Positions 45,270-60,956 are shown, numbered from the stretch's first letter. The stretch is DNA of 64,000 nucleotides from the human T2T-CHM13v2.0 reference genome, Homo sapiens (GCF_009914755.1 NC_060932.1), one strand, 5' to 3'. Numbers and translations: made by a program. Notes: generated by a model not told the origin, from the sequence alone.

Positions 45270-45560
45270 CTTTTCGCATGAATTCCACAAACATTGATGC
45301 AGAATATCGTGTGCTAGATACTGGAATAGGAGTGTCAATGTGGAGATAAATAGAGAGAAAATAGTTTCTGCTTTGTGGGAGTTCACCGTCTATGCCGAAA
45401 AGTAAGGCGTGTAGAGAGAGAATTAAAATACAACATTATTTTATTGCTAGTGCAGGAAAGGAGTTCCAGGTAGGAACAGGTATTAGCTTCCCAGAGAGAG
45501 TCAGCGAAGCTGCACTGACGTGATGTTTGGTGTGAGTCTCGGAGGAATCTGGCTGGCTTT
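45270..45560 (-). mobile_element. L2 fragment
   Basis: caaacattgatgcagaatatcgtgtgctagatactgg...tctgctttgtgggagttcacc. Confidence 0.5.
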
Positions 45561-45603
45561 GAAATGCTTGTTTTATCTGGTCTATCTATTCTCTCTCCCA
45601 CAC

Positions 45604-46052
45604 TGTTAATGGACTTCGTTTAGGGTGTGTGCCTGGCTCATACTTGCTTCTTAAAGAATCCATCCCATCCACGTTCCTGGAGGGAATAGCTGTCCCTACC
45701 CTCTCCGTTCCAGCCACAGATGTTGATCCCACTGGGCTGAACAAACAGAGACAGAGACAGAGAGAAGGAAGAAATTGAGCTGAAGGACCGCCAGGCCTTC
45801 TACCACATGGGGACAGCCACGAAAAGAAGGTGATGAACAAGTGTGTAAAAGTAGAATGCAACAGACACACAGGGAGGAACAGAGAGGCAAAGCCACCAGG
45901 CACCTGATTTAGAGAGTTGAGAAGAGCCCCCTGTGATGCCCACCTGTGCTTCCAGCAACTGAGCTCAGGATGCTTCTTTTAAAGAAGTCTTGTTTCCCTT
46001 GAACTTCTGTGAACGGGTTTCTGTTCTCTGCAACTAAAATAATTATTGACTT
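45604..46052 (+). mobile_element. Old MaLR LTR (MLT1J/K/L-like)
   Basis: ccacatggggacagcc...ggtttctgttctctgcaactaaaa end motif typical of old MLT1. Confidence 0.5.
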
Positions 46053-46069
46053 TCAAATTCCTTTTTTAA

Positions 46070-46557
46070 AATTTTTTTACTTCCATGGGTTTTTGGGGAA
46101 CAGGTGGTATTTGGTTACATGAGTAAGTTCTTTAGTGGTGATTTGTGAGATTTTGGTGCACCCATCAGCTGGATACACTGAATCAATTTGTATACACTGA
46201 ATCCAATTTGAGTCTTTTATCCCTCATCCCTTTCCTATCCTTTCCACCCAAGTTCCCAAAGTCCATTGTATCACTCTTATGCTTTTCCATCCTCATAGCT
46301 TAGCTCCACTTGTGAGTGAGAACATTCGAGGTTTGCCTTTCCATTCCTGAGTTACTTCACTTAAATAATAGTCTCCAATCCCATCCAGGTTTCTGTGAAT
46401 GCCATTAATTCATTCCTTTTTATGGCTGAGTAGTATTTTTATATATACATGAAAAGGATACTTGCACACGCATGTTTATGGCAGCACAATTCACAATTGC
46501 AAAAATGTGGAACCAGCCCAAATGCCCATCAATCAATGAGTGGATAAAGAAACTGTG

Positions 46558-46588
<31 letters not shown>

Positions 46589-46912
46589 CCACTGTTATCA
46601 TATATATATCATATATATGCACACATATATGATATATATCATATATAGCATATGTATCATATATATCATATGTATCATATATATGTGTGTATATATATGA
46701 TATATATATGATAACAGTGGCATATATATATATACACACACATATATATACATACACACACACACCCCACAGTTTCTTTATCCACTCATTGATTGATGGG
46801 CATTTGGGCTGGTTCCACATTTTTGCAATTGTGAATTGTGCTGCCATAAACATGCGTGTGCAAGTATCCTTTTCGTATAATGATTTCTTTTCCTCTGGAT
46901 AGATACCCAGTA
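46070..46912 (-). mobile_element. L1PB1-like 3' end containing an internal inverted duplication
   Basis: ttggggaacaggtggtatttggttacatgagtaagttctttagtggtgatttgtgagattttggtgcaccc is diagnostic of L1PB; continues to tagatacccagt. Confidence 0.88.
46451..46874. repeat. ~424-bp palindrome: identical 108-bp arms around an inverted TA/CA microsatellite
   Basis: 46451-46558 is the exact reverse complement of 46767-46874; inner gccactgttatc (46588-46599) pairs with gataacagtggc (46710-46721). Confidence 0.95.
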
Positions 46913-47942
46913 TAAATACCTGACTTCAATCCGGTACATCAAAACTTTACATTATAATATAGACCTCCATACTTTACTGAAAAAAACACAAAACTGACAA
47001 TGATGTGAGTTCAACAGGAGGACAAGAAGAAACACATCAGAAAGCACCACTGGATAAAGCAGGGGAAAGAGTATTGGGGAGAGAGGACAGTGCTGAACAA
47101 GGTGAAGGCACTGCAAGAAAATGGTCATGTGTCGTAGGACCATTCTGTAAAGGGTATTATGAAATGTTCAGTAACAACAGGTGAAGTCAGGTTTTTCTCC
47201 ATATACTGTAGCTTTGGGTGGTTTCCATTTCCTTCTTTATTGTTTTCCAAATATTCTACAATGAGTATGCATTTGCATTCAGAAAAAAAAGACATGCATT
47301 ATTTTAAAAAATTATAAATAATCGTCTGACACTTGTTAATTAATTAAAATTTGTAAAGAGCTAAAGTAACAAAACACAACATAATTTATCCCCACAGAGT
47401 AATTTCCAGTTGGGTAGAGGCTACCCCATTGAGGCATAAGCTTGGGAATGAGAGCCGAAGTCTTGAGGGCAGGGAAGTTGCCCAATGTGGAGTGAAGAGG
47501 TAAGAGGTGGCTAGAGCAACCCTGCTCAGGATACCCACTGCCTGGGCTCTGGGGAGGAGGCTGCAGCACTTACAATGGGAGCCCATGGGCCTTGCTCCTG
47601 TCTCCATGGACACTCCAAGCTCTGCCAACACTTTTGTCGCCTGAAGCCCTGGTTGCCTTCCCCCAGCAAGCCCAGGCTGCAGGGTTGCTCTGCCTCCTCT
47701 AGGCCGCTGTGGACTTCTCCTTCTTGACTTAGCCAGAGGGAGGGAGGGCACAAACACACTTTGAAAAATGGTGCAAGGCCAGGGCAGGGACTCTCCCTCC
47801 AAATTATTGACAAATTGAAGGCTGGGAACTGTTTGCCTCAATTTGTCATTTAATGGTCACAGCAATCCTGTGGAAGTGGATACTGCCCTAATTTGGGGTA
47901 CTCTCTTCATTTTGCATAAGAAGAAAGTAAGGCTGATGCCAC

Positions 47943-48296
47943 TCAGGCAGGAAAAAGGGTCTGGAGGCAGGGAACATAAGTCCAGTTCACACTTCAGCTA
48001 TGACAGGAAATACCTTCTTCATAGGGCATAAGCCCAGTAAATGATTTTGTTAACTCCTTCTCATTTACATAAGGCGTATATCAAGTAACCAGTGGAATCC
48101 TCTAGAGGGTATTTAAACCCCAAAAAATTCTGTAATGGGGCCTATGAGCCCCTATGCTTGGGTCCGCTCCCACACTGTGCAGTGTACTTTCATTTTCTCT
48201 GCTTTTGTTGCTTCTCTCTTTTCTTGCTTTGTTTGTGTGTTTTGTCCAATTCTTTGCTCAAGACACCAAGAACCCAGACACCCTCCACCAGTAACA
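47943..48296 (+). mobile_element. MER57B-like ERV1 solo LTR
   Basis: aggcaggaaaaagggtctggaggcagggaacataag...caccctccaccagtaaca; perfect 4-bp TSD ccac. Confidence 0.85.
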
Positions 48297-48476
48297 CCAC
48301 TGGTTTTGAAACTGGCCCATAAAACTAATGTTTATGGTTTCTTTAAATGAGTTAAAATGGACCTTTTCAGTCTTAAAACTTTAAAAAGTTACATTTCTCT
48401 TATCTGAGTTCCTTTTTCAGGAAATCAAGCAGCAGGCCTCCCAGATAGTATCAAGAAATTAAAACTTAAACAAACA

Positions 48477-49378
48477 GAGGAGCCAAGATGGCCGAATAGG
48501 AACAGCTCCGGTCTACAGCTCCCAGCGTCAGCGACGCAGAAGACGGGTGATTTCTGCATTTCCATCTGAGGTACCGGGTTCATCTCACTAGGGAGTGCCA
48601 GACAGTGGGCGCAGGCCAGTGTGTGTGTGCACCGTGCGCGAGCCGAAGCAGGGCGAGGCATTGCCTCACCTGGGAAGCGCAAGGGGTCAGGGAGTTCCCT
48701 TTCCGAGTCAAAGAAAGGGGTGACGGACGCACCTGGAAAATCGGGTCACTCCCACCCGAATATTGCGCTTTTCAGACCGGCTTAAGAAACGGCGCACCAC
48801 GAGACTATATCCCACACCTGGCTCAGAGGGTCCAACGCCCACGGAATCTCGCTGATTGCTAGCACAGCAGTCTGAGATCAAACTGCAAGGCGGCAACGAG
48901 GCTGGGGGAGGGGCGCCCGCCATTGCCCAGGCTTACTTAGGTAAACAAAGCAGCCGGGAAGCTCGAACTAGGTGGAGCCCACCACAGCTCAAGGAGGCCT
49001 GCCTGCCTCTGTAGGCTCCACCTCTGGGGGCAGGGCACAGACAAACAAAAAGACAGCAGTAACCTCTGGAGACTTAAGTGTCCCTGTCTGACAGCTTTGA
49101 AGAGAGCAGTGGTTCTCCCAGCACGCAGCTGGAGATCTGAGAACGGGCAGACTGCCTCCTCAAGTGGGTCCCTGACCCCTGACCCCCGAGCAGCCTAACT
49201 GGGAGGCACCCCCCAGCAGGGGCACACTGACACCTCACACGGCAGGGTATTCCAACAGACCTGCAGCTGAGGGTCCTGTCTGTTAGAAGGAAAACTAACA
49301 ACCAGAAAGGACATCTACACCGAAAACCCATCTGTACATCACCATCATCAAAGACCAAAAGTAGATAAAACCACAAAG
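48477..49378 (+). promoter_or_regulatory. L1 5' UTR: CpG-rich internal sense promoter with YY1 site, plus antisense promoter
   Basis: YY1 motif aagatggcc at 48485-48493; ~900-bp CpG-dense UTR of L1HS length. Confidence 0.9.
48708..48923 (-). CDS. ORF0: L1 antisense ORF0 protein (71 aa)
   Basis: MAGAPPPASLPPCSLISDCCASNQRDSVGVGPSEPG...RHPFL, 71 aa, antisense in the 5' UTR, matching primate L1 ORF0. Confidence 0.85.
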   Translation of the reverse strand: MAGAPPPASLPPCSLISDCCASNQRDSVGVGPSEPGVGYSLVVRRFLSRSEKRNIRVGVTRFSRCVRHPFL

Positions 49379-50395
49379 ATGGGGAAAAAACAGAACAGAA
49401 AAACTGGAAACTCTAAAACGCAGAGCGCCTCTCCTCCTCCAAAGGAACGCAGTTCCTCACCAGCAACGGAACAAAGCTGGATGGAGAATGATTTTGACGA
49501 GCTGAGAGAAGAAGGCTTCAGACGATCAAATTACTCTGAGCTACGGGAGGACATTCAAACCAAAGGCAAAGAAGTTGAAAACTTTGAAAAAAATTTAGAA
49601 GAATGTATAACTAGAATAACCAAAACAGAGAAGTGCTTAAAGGAGCTGATGGAGCTGAAAACCAAGGCTCGAGAACTACGTGAAGAATGCAGAAGCCTCA
49701 GGAGCCGATGCGATCAACTGGAAGAAAGGGTATCAGCAATGGAAGATGAAATGAATGAAATGAAGCGAGAAGGGAAGTTTAGAGAAAAAAGAATAAAAAG
49801 AAATGAGCAAAGCCTCCAAGAAATATGGGACTATGTGAAAAGACCAAATCTACGTCTGATTGGTGTACCTGAAAGTGATGTGGAGAATGGAACCAAGTTG
49901 GAAAACACTCTGCAGGATATTATCCAGGAGAACTTCCCCAATCTAGCAAGGCAGGCCAACGTTCAGATTCAGGAAATACAGAGAACGCCACAAAGATACT
50001 CCTCGAGAAGAGCAACTCCAAGACACATAATTGTCAGATTCACCAAAGTTGAAATGAAGGAAAAAATGTTAAGGGCAGCCAGAGAGAAAGGTCGGGTTAC
50101 CCTCAAAGGAAAGCCCATCAGACTAACAGCGGATCTCTCGGCAGAAACCCTACAAGCCAGAAGAGAGTGGGGGCCAATATTCAACATTCTTAAAGAAAAG
50201 AATTTTCAACCCAGAATTTCATATCCAGCCAAACTAAGCTTCATAAGTGAAGGAGAAATAAAATACTTTATAGACAAGCAAATGCTGAGAGATTTTGTCA
50301 CCACCAGGCCTGCCCTAAAAGAGCTCCTGAAGGAAGCGCTAAACATGGAAAGGAACAACCGGTACCAGCTGCTGCAAAATCATGCCAAAATGTAA
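49379..50395 (+). CDS. ORF1: LINE-1 ORF1p RNA-binding protein/nucleic acid chaperone (338 aa, intact)
   Basis: MGKKQNRKTGNSK..., coiled coil, REKG, ARR and YPAKLS motifs all present. Confidence 0.97.
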   Translation: MGKKQNRKTGNSKTQSASPPPKERSSSPATEQSWMENDFDELREEGFRRSNYSELREDIQTKGKEVENFEKNLEECITRITKTEKCLKELMELKTKARELREECRSLRSRCDQLEERVSAMEDEMNEMKREGKFREKRIKRNEQSLQEIWDYVKRPNLRLIGVPESDVENGTKLENTLQDIIQENFPNLARQANVQIQEIQRTPQRYSSRRATPRHIIVRFTKVEMKEKMLRAAREKGRVTLKGKPIRLTADLSAETLQARREWGPIFNILKEKNFQPRISYPAKLSFISEGEIKYFIDKQMLRDFVTTRPALKELLKEALNMERNNRYQLLQNHAKM

Positions 50396-50434
50396 AGACC
50401 ATCGAGACTAGGAAGAAACTGCATCAACTAATGA

Positions 50435-54286
<3,852 letters not shown>

Positions 54287-55913
54287 ACAATGAGATCACA
54301 TGGACACAGGAAGGGGAATATCACACTCTGGGGACTGTGATGGGGTCGGGGGAGGGGGGAGGGATAGCATTGGGAGATATACCTAATGCTAGATGACACA
54401 TTAGTGGGTGCAGCGCACCAGCATGGCACATGTATACATATGTAACTAACCTGCACAATGTGCACATGTACCCTAAAACTTAGAGTATAATAAAAAAAAA
54501 AAAAAAAGAAATTAAAACTTGCCAGATCACCTCATGCAGACAATGAGACGCCAGACCCCTTAACCCATCATGATTGCCTGATGGACCACCTGCTTCCTGT
54601 GAACCAACTTCTCTTCCTTACCCCTCCCTAATTCCTGTTTTCCCACACATGGTTACATTTAGCCAGTCAGGGAGATGGATTTGAGACTGATGTCCCATCT
54701 TGGCTGTGGCACCTGATTAAAGCTGCTTCCTTGGCAATACTTGTTGTCTCAGTGATTGGCTTTCTGTGTGGCAAGTGGCAGGACCTAGACAGAACCCCTG
54801 GTGTTTTGCTAACAATTTTCCAAGGCTAACTGCTAGAAAGGGTCACAGCTGAGATTCAAACCCAGATTTTCTAACTCAGAAGCTGTAGTCCTGACTCATC
54901 ACCAGCAAGCCCTTTCCAAAGCACCCATCATGGCACCCCCTAGTTTCCTAAGGCCACTGCCCACTGTAACTGAGACAAAGATCCCCAAATGGAAAATATC
55001 TCTATGATGCCATGTCTGATGATCAGCAGCTTTTTCTCTGCAATCAGAACTGAGGCATAAAGTTCTTCATAGTACACAAGTAAAAAGAGAGAAAAATCCC
55101 TGAGTCTGATTATATCTAGGTATTCTGGAGTGCAAAAAATGTCACATCACAGTGTTGCCACAGGAGGGATCCAGTTACTGTGGATTATCAGACATCCATG
55201 GCTTACTTTGTATTTGGTTTTCCAAGTTACTGATGATGAAATTGTCCACATCAGTAAAAAAGATTGCAAGTGTTTAAAAGTTAATTTTTATTTAATTTAA
55301 ATTTTTGTTTAATTTGAAAAGCAGGAACTTATGGTTTCCTAATAGCAGGAAATGAATCAAATGATTTTTTAAGATACCAGACATCACTGTAGTCCTGTCA
55401 TTACAGACCAAAGAGAAGAACAAATAAAATAAATGAGAGCTATACATTTGGGGTTGAGGAAAAGAGTAAAAGGAAAGCCATTATACCTCCTCTCCCTACC
55501 CAGCCTGGGGACCCCCAGGTCAAGGACAGTCTAAGTAAGGGATGCAGAAGGTTTGTTTTGTGTTGGAAAGCACAAAGAAGAGGAATCAATAATAGCACCT
55601 GCACTCCCCACTCCTCCACTCCACTCTCATGGCCCAGAGAACCACCCATCCACAAACAGCTGTCTACCTGCACTCAGCAGGGTGCATTATCATCTTTCTG
55701 CCCTCTCAGGATGCCCCGTGTATGGTCATGGAATTCTCAGAGGCATCTCTTTGCATGAAGGCATTGTTACTGTCTGTTATTTACAATCAAATAAATTCCA
55801 AAAATGGAGCCATATGTGGATAAGGTGATTGAGTAAGTATCATGATCTCTTCATACCTGCCCCAACCTGTACTGGGCTAATGATTGTGGTGGTGTCTCTA
55901 AGCTTAACAACAG

Positions 55914-56462
55914 CTTATTAGACAAGGTTCTCCAGAAAGACAGAACAAATAGGGTATAGATAAAGTCATAGATATAGACATTTATTATAAGGAAATGGTT
56001 CATATGATTATGGAGGCTGAGAAGTCCTGCGTTCTGCCATCTGTAAGCTGAAAACCCAGGAAAGTCAATGGTATAGTTCCAGTCTGAGTCCAAAGGTCTG
56101 GAAATAGAAGAACCGAAGGTGTGAGTTCTAGTCCAACTCTGAAGGCCTGACAACCTGGAGAGCCAATGGTGTAAGTGCTAGTTGGAAGGCAGGAGAAGAT
56201 GGATGCCCCACTCAAGCAGTCAGGCAGAGAGAGAATTCAAACTTCTCCCAACTCTTTGTTTTTTCAGGCCCTCAATGGATTGAATGGTGCTCACCCACAT
56301 GGTCGTCAGGGTAGGGAAGGCAATCTACCTTACTCAGCCCACCAATTCAGATGCTCACTTATTCTGGAAACACCCTCAAAGACACATCAAGAGATCATGT
56401 TTAACCAGATATCTGCGAACACCATGGCCCAGTTAAATGGACACATAAAATTGACCATCACA
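55914..56462 (-). mobile_element. MLT2B/D-like ERVL solo LTR
   Basis: ggttctccagaaagacagaac...attatggaggctgagaagtcc...cagttaaatggacacataaaattgaccatcaca. Confidence 0.85.
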
Positions 56463-56675
56463 AACAGTTTTAGCCACCACTAGAATTAACACTTCTAGTG
56501 GTGTTCCCAAATGCAGAACTGGGATTCAGATCACATATATCTTCCCAGGAGAGAAGGGCGCACTCCAAGAGGGAGGCATCAGTCCAAGGGTAAATCCCTG
56601 CTAGGTTGGAAGAACCAGGGACTAGGGAGGAAGAGATGATAATGATAACAAATACTAATAAAAACAATAATAGCA

Positions 56676-57012
56676 GGGCAGGCATGGTGATTCATGCCTG
56701 TAATCCCAGAACTTATGGAGGCCAAGGTGAGAGGCTCACTTGAGGCCAGGAGTTAGAGACCAGCCTTGGCAACATAGCGAGACCCCTGTCCCTATGAAAA
56801 TAAAATAAAAACTTAGCAAGGTGTAGTGGCCTGCACCTGTAGTCCTAGCTATTCTGGAGGCTGAGATGGGAGCAACACTTGAGCCCAGGTGTTCTGTGCT
56901 GCAGTGAGCTACGATTGTACCACTGCACTTTAGCCTGGGTGACAGAGCAAGACCATGTCTCTTAAAGCAAAAAGCAAAAAAAAAAAAAAAAAAACCCAAC
57001 AACAAAAAAAAC
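56676..57012 (+). mobile_element. AluJ
   Basis: cacttgaggccaggagtt, gagctacgattg, gcaagacc and long A-rich tail. Confidence 0.88.
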
Positions 57013-57029
57013 CCAATAATAATAAATCT

Positions 57030-57360
57030 GCATTAAGTACTTACTATAGGTCAGAGAGTGTGTTATCAGCTTTATGTCTTCTTATTTCTATTCACATCAG
57101 TTTTAGAAGCAGGCTTATTATTATTATGTGTTTTATATGATTATAATATTTACCATCTTAACCATTTTTAAGTGTTCAGTAGCGTTAAGTATATTCACAT
57201 TGTTGTGGAACAGATCTCTAAATACAGATATTTAATGATTAATACGATTTAATAATACATATAACTATGTATTACATAGTTTATTATGATGTATGTTATA
57301 CATGAGGATATTGAGGCCAAGAGTGGCTAATAAGTGATAGCCGCGAGATTAAACTCACAG
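57030..57360 (-). mobile_element. MIR remnant with an embedded short L1MB 3' fragment (~57140-57220)
   Basis: cattaagtacttactatagg...gaggatattgaggccaagag; insert aatatttaccatcttaaccatttttaagtgttcagtagcgttaagtatattcacattgttgt. Confidence 0.55.
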
Positions 57361-57480
57361 CACCAATGTTCTCTCCTTTTGAAGAGACTGGTCATCAACT
57401 CTTTCCGATGGAAAAGTGAAAAAGAAATTGTTGGTAAAATGGGATGGCTTGGGAAATTCAGTATTTCCTGCATTCTAATT

Positions 57481-57720
57481 TGACTCAAACTCCAGGGAAG
57501 GACTGGTAGGAAATGTCCCCTCCTGAGGGGACGTGAGTCTTGCCAGGACTCACGACTCCGCAGGACCACTCCGCCCCTGGTTGGGAGCGCATGCAGGCAT
57601 GGTGACGGTGTCGGGTGGTCCTCTCCCGCTGCTTGCTAGCCCGGGCTGCGCCTCTTCCAGTTCCCCGCTGTGCGTCCTCTGGATGGGAGAAGCTGGCAGC
57701 TCGATGCATTACCAAACTCT
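57481..57720. promoter_or_regulatory. Candidate CpG-rich promoter/enhancer (non-repeat)
   Basis: 13 CpGs in ~175 bp (57532-57703), AP-1 TGACTCA 57481-57487, GC box CCGCCC 57571-57576, NRF1-like GCGCATGCA 57587-57595. Confidence 0.5.
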
Positions 57721-58002
57721 TCTGAAAGTTTCACATCTTAGGCCAGCAACATCCTAGTTTCATCTGACAGAACTTCACGCTGACCTTGAGACTGCCGTGG
57801 TCTTTGGGGACTGCCTGCTTCCTAGGGTTCCAGTTGCCCTCCGAATGCTCATCAACTAAAGGTCTCAGAAGAGTCAGGGGAGTCCAGCCTCAGATCCCAT
57901 GACTGAAAAACGACTTCAAATTCGTTGTCTCACACACTGGGGAATATAACCGAGTAAAACTGAGAATATAACCAGTATAACCGAGGAAGAAACAACCACT
58001 GA

Positions 58003-58447
<445 letters not shown>

Positions 58448-58664
58448 CTTTTTTTTTTTTTTTTTTTTTTTTGGAAGATCTCCCTTTTGTAGAGTGCCAA
58501 TTATTTGCCAAATACATTTTTAAAAATAATTTGATTTTGTGATATTATAAGGCAATACATAGTAATTGGGGGAAAAAAACCCTGAAAAATGCCAAAATAG
58601 AACAAAAAGAAATCCTCCTACCCAGAGGTAACTGTTAAATACCTGTATTCAAAGATCTATTTCA

Positions 58665-58762
58665 TGACAATGTGAGTATACTTCACATTACTGAGCTGTG
58701 CACTTAAAAATGATTAAGATGGTAAGCTTTGTTATGTTTTTTACAATTTAAAATGTTTAAAA
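58665..58762 (+). mobile_element. L1MB-type 3' terminal fragment
   Basis: caatgtgagtatactt...ctgagctgtgcacttaaaaatgattaagatggtaa...tttacaatttaaaa. Confidence 0.6.
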
Positions 58763-59624
58763 ATGCACTCTCCACCACATGGTTCTTTCAGAGAACAGTT
58801 ATATTCCATATGTTTCAAATATCAACTTTGCCCCTAAGGGACAGATTATTCATTTCCTCAAAAAGATCTGCTAGGTAGAAAACAGAAAAGATCAACACAA
58901 GTACTTCAGAAGAGAAAAATGAATGTCTCATTTTTACATGGAATTCTTTGGGTACTTTGCCATTAATGATGACCAACTGTGTGATGCCAAAGATCCGCAC
59001 CGTCACAACCCATCTCATTAAAAGCATTCTATTTTGAAAATCATGTTTTTATAAATGTACATGTAAATTAAATGGAATTGAAGAACTGCTACAGCCCTTT
59101 GCACATGTTTAGTAACTATTTCTTTGCCTCAAGAGCTTGCTTATAAGTGACACAGTGAATAAATTTGCAAGGAGATGCCAGCTTTGTAAGCTTCCACCAG
59201 AATTATTTCTTTACCACAGTTGCAGAAGTCATTCCATCAATGGTAACACTTGCATAATTTCCCCATCAAACATTACATTTATTTAAAAATTTAATCCTAA
59301 AAATATGCCATCATCAGAATATCCTGCTTCAGTGAAGTACAGCAAGAAATATTTCTTTCTGCATTTCATTATGAAAACAGAATCTAGAAGATTCTACAAT
59401 TTATGACAAAATAACATAGCAAGCTTTCTAAAATGTGTACTTAATCCTGATACATTTCTTCAAATACTTGGTAATACTGGTATATTTACACCAGTATCTC
59501 CTGTCCAATAAACACACTTTAGTTTGTCACTTAGTTACCAACTAATAGTTCAGTTATTTTTATTATAGCAGGAAAAACGGTGGCTTACTGTCTCCTCAAT
59601 GGCATAAGACTTTTTTAAAAAAGA

Positions 59625-59999
59625 AGTATTAGTCTGTTATCATGCTGCTGATAAATACATACCTGAGATTGGGTAATTTATAAAGGAAAGAGGTTTAATT
59701 AACTCACAATTCAGCATGGCTGGGAAGGCCTCAGGGAACTTACAATCATGGCAGAAGGGGAAGTAAACATGTCCTTCTTCACATGGCAGCAGCAAGGAGA
59801 AGTGCTGAGCAAAAGAGGAAAATGCCCCTTACAAACCCATCAGATCTCATAAGAACTCACTCACTATCCTGAAAACAGCATGAAGATAACCTCCTCCATG
59901 ATTAAATTACCTCCCACCGGGTCCCTCCACAACATATGGGGATTATGGGAACTACAATTCAAGATGAGATTTGGGTGGGGACACAGCCAAGCCATATCA
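59625..59999 (-). mobile_element. THE1D-like solo LTR
   Basis: tattagtctgttatcatgctgctgataaatacatacctgag...ggcctcagggaacttacaatcatggcagaagg...gggacacagccaagccatatca. Confidence 0.9.
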
Positions 60000-60029
60000 A
60001 GTATGCTTAAATTTAGCTTTTCTATATTT

Positions 60030-60956
60030 CTTTTTCTTTTTTATTGATACATAATATGTACATATTTATGGGGTATATGTGATATTTTGATACATGTGTA
60101 TACAATGTGTAATGTACAATGATCAAATCAGGATAATCAGAATAGCCATCACTTCAAGCATTTATCGTTTCTTTTTGAACATTTCATATCTTTTCTTCTG
60201 GCTATTTTGAAATAAATTATTGTTAACTATAGTCACCCTACTGTACTATTGAACATTAGAACTCATTCCTCCTATCTAACTGTGTGTTTAATATCCATTA
60301 GCTTTTCTTTATCTCCTCTTTTTCACCCTTCCCAGGCTCTGGTAACCACCATTCTACTCTCTACCTTCATAAGGTAAATTGTATTAGCTCACACATTTGA
60401 GTGAGAACATGTGCTATTTGTCTTTCTGTGCCTTGCTTATTTCACTTAACATAATGACCTCCAGTTCCATCCATGTTGCCACAAATGACGGGATTTCATT
60501 CTTTTTTATGGCTGAATATATTCCATTGTGTATATGTACCACATTTTCCTTATCCATTCATCCACTGATGGACATGTAGGTTAATTCCATATCTTGGCTA
60601 TTGTGAATAGTGCTGCAGTAAACATGGCGGGGGGGTGCAGGTATCCCTTTGATATACTTTTCTTTCCTTTGGAAAAATAGCCAGCATTGGAATTGCGGGA
60701 TCATATGGTAATTCTAATTTTAGTTTTTTGAGAAACCTCCATACTGTTTTTAATAATGGCTGTACTAATTTATATTCCCACCAACAGTGGGTAAGAGTTT
60801 TCTTTTCTCTGCATCTTTGTCAGCATTTGTTATTTTTTTGTCTTTTTGATAATAGCCATTTTTACTGGGGTGAGATGTCTCATTGTGATTTTGATTTGCA
60901 TTTTTCTGATGATTAGTGATGTTGAGCATTTTTTAATATTTCTGTTGGCCATTTGT
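60030..60956 (-). mobile_element. L1MA-family 3' region
   Basis: ttattgatacataatatgtacatatttatggggtatatgtgatattttg...gtgagaacatgtgctatttgtctttctgtgcc...gattagtgatgttgagcatt. Confidence 0.88.

Noticed and set aside
46533-46902. Tyr/Ile/His-rich ORFs
   Set aside because: Translation of the TA/CA microsatellite and L1PB arms of the palindrome
58815-59030. Possible coding exon or 3' UTR near a small CpG cluster
   Set aside because: No recognisable protein in any frame and no convincing splice-site pair
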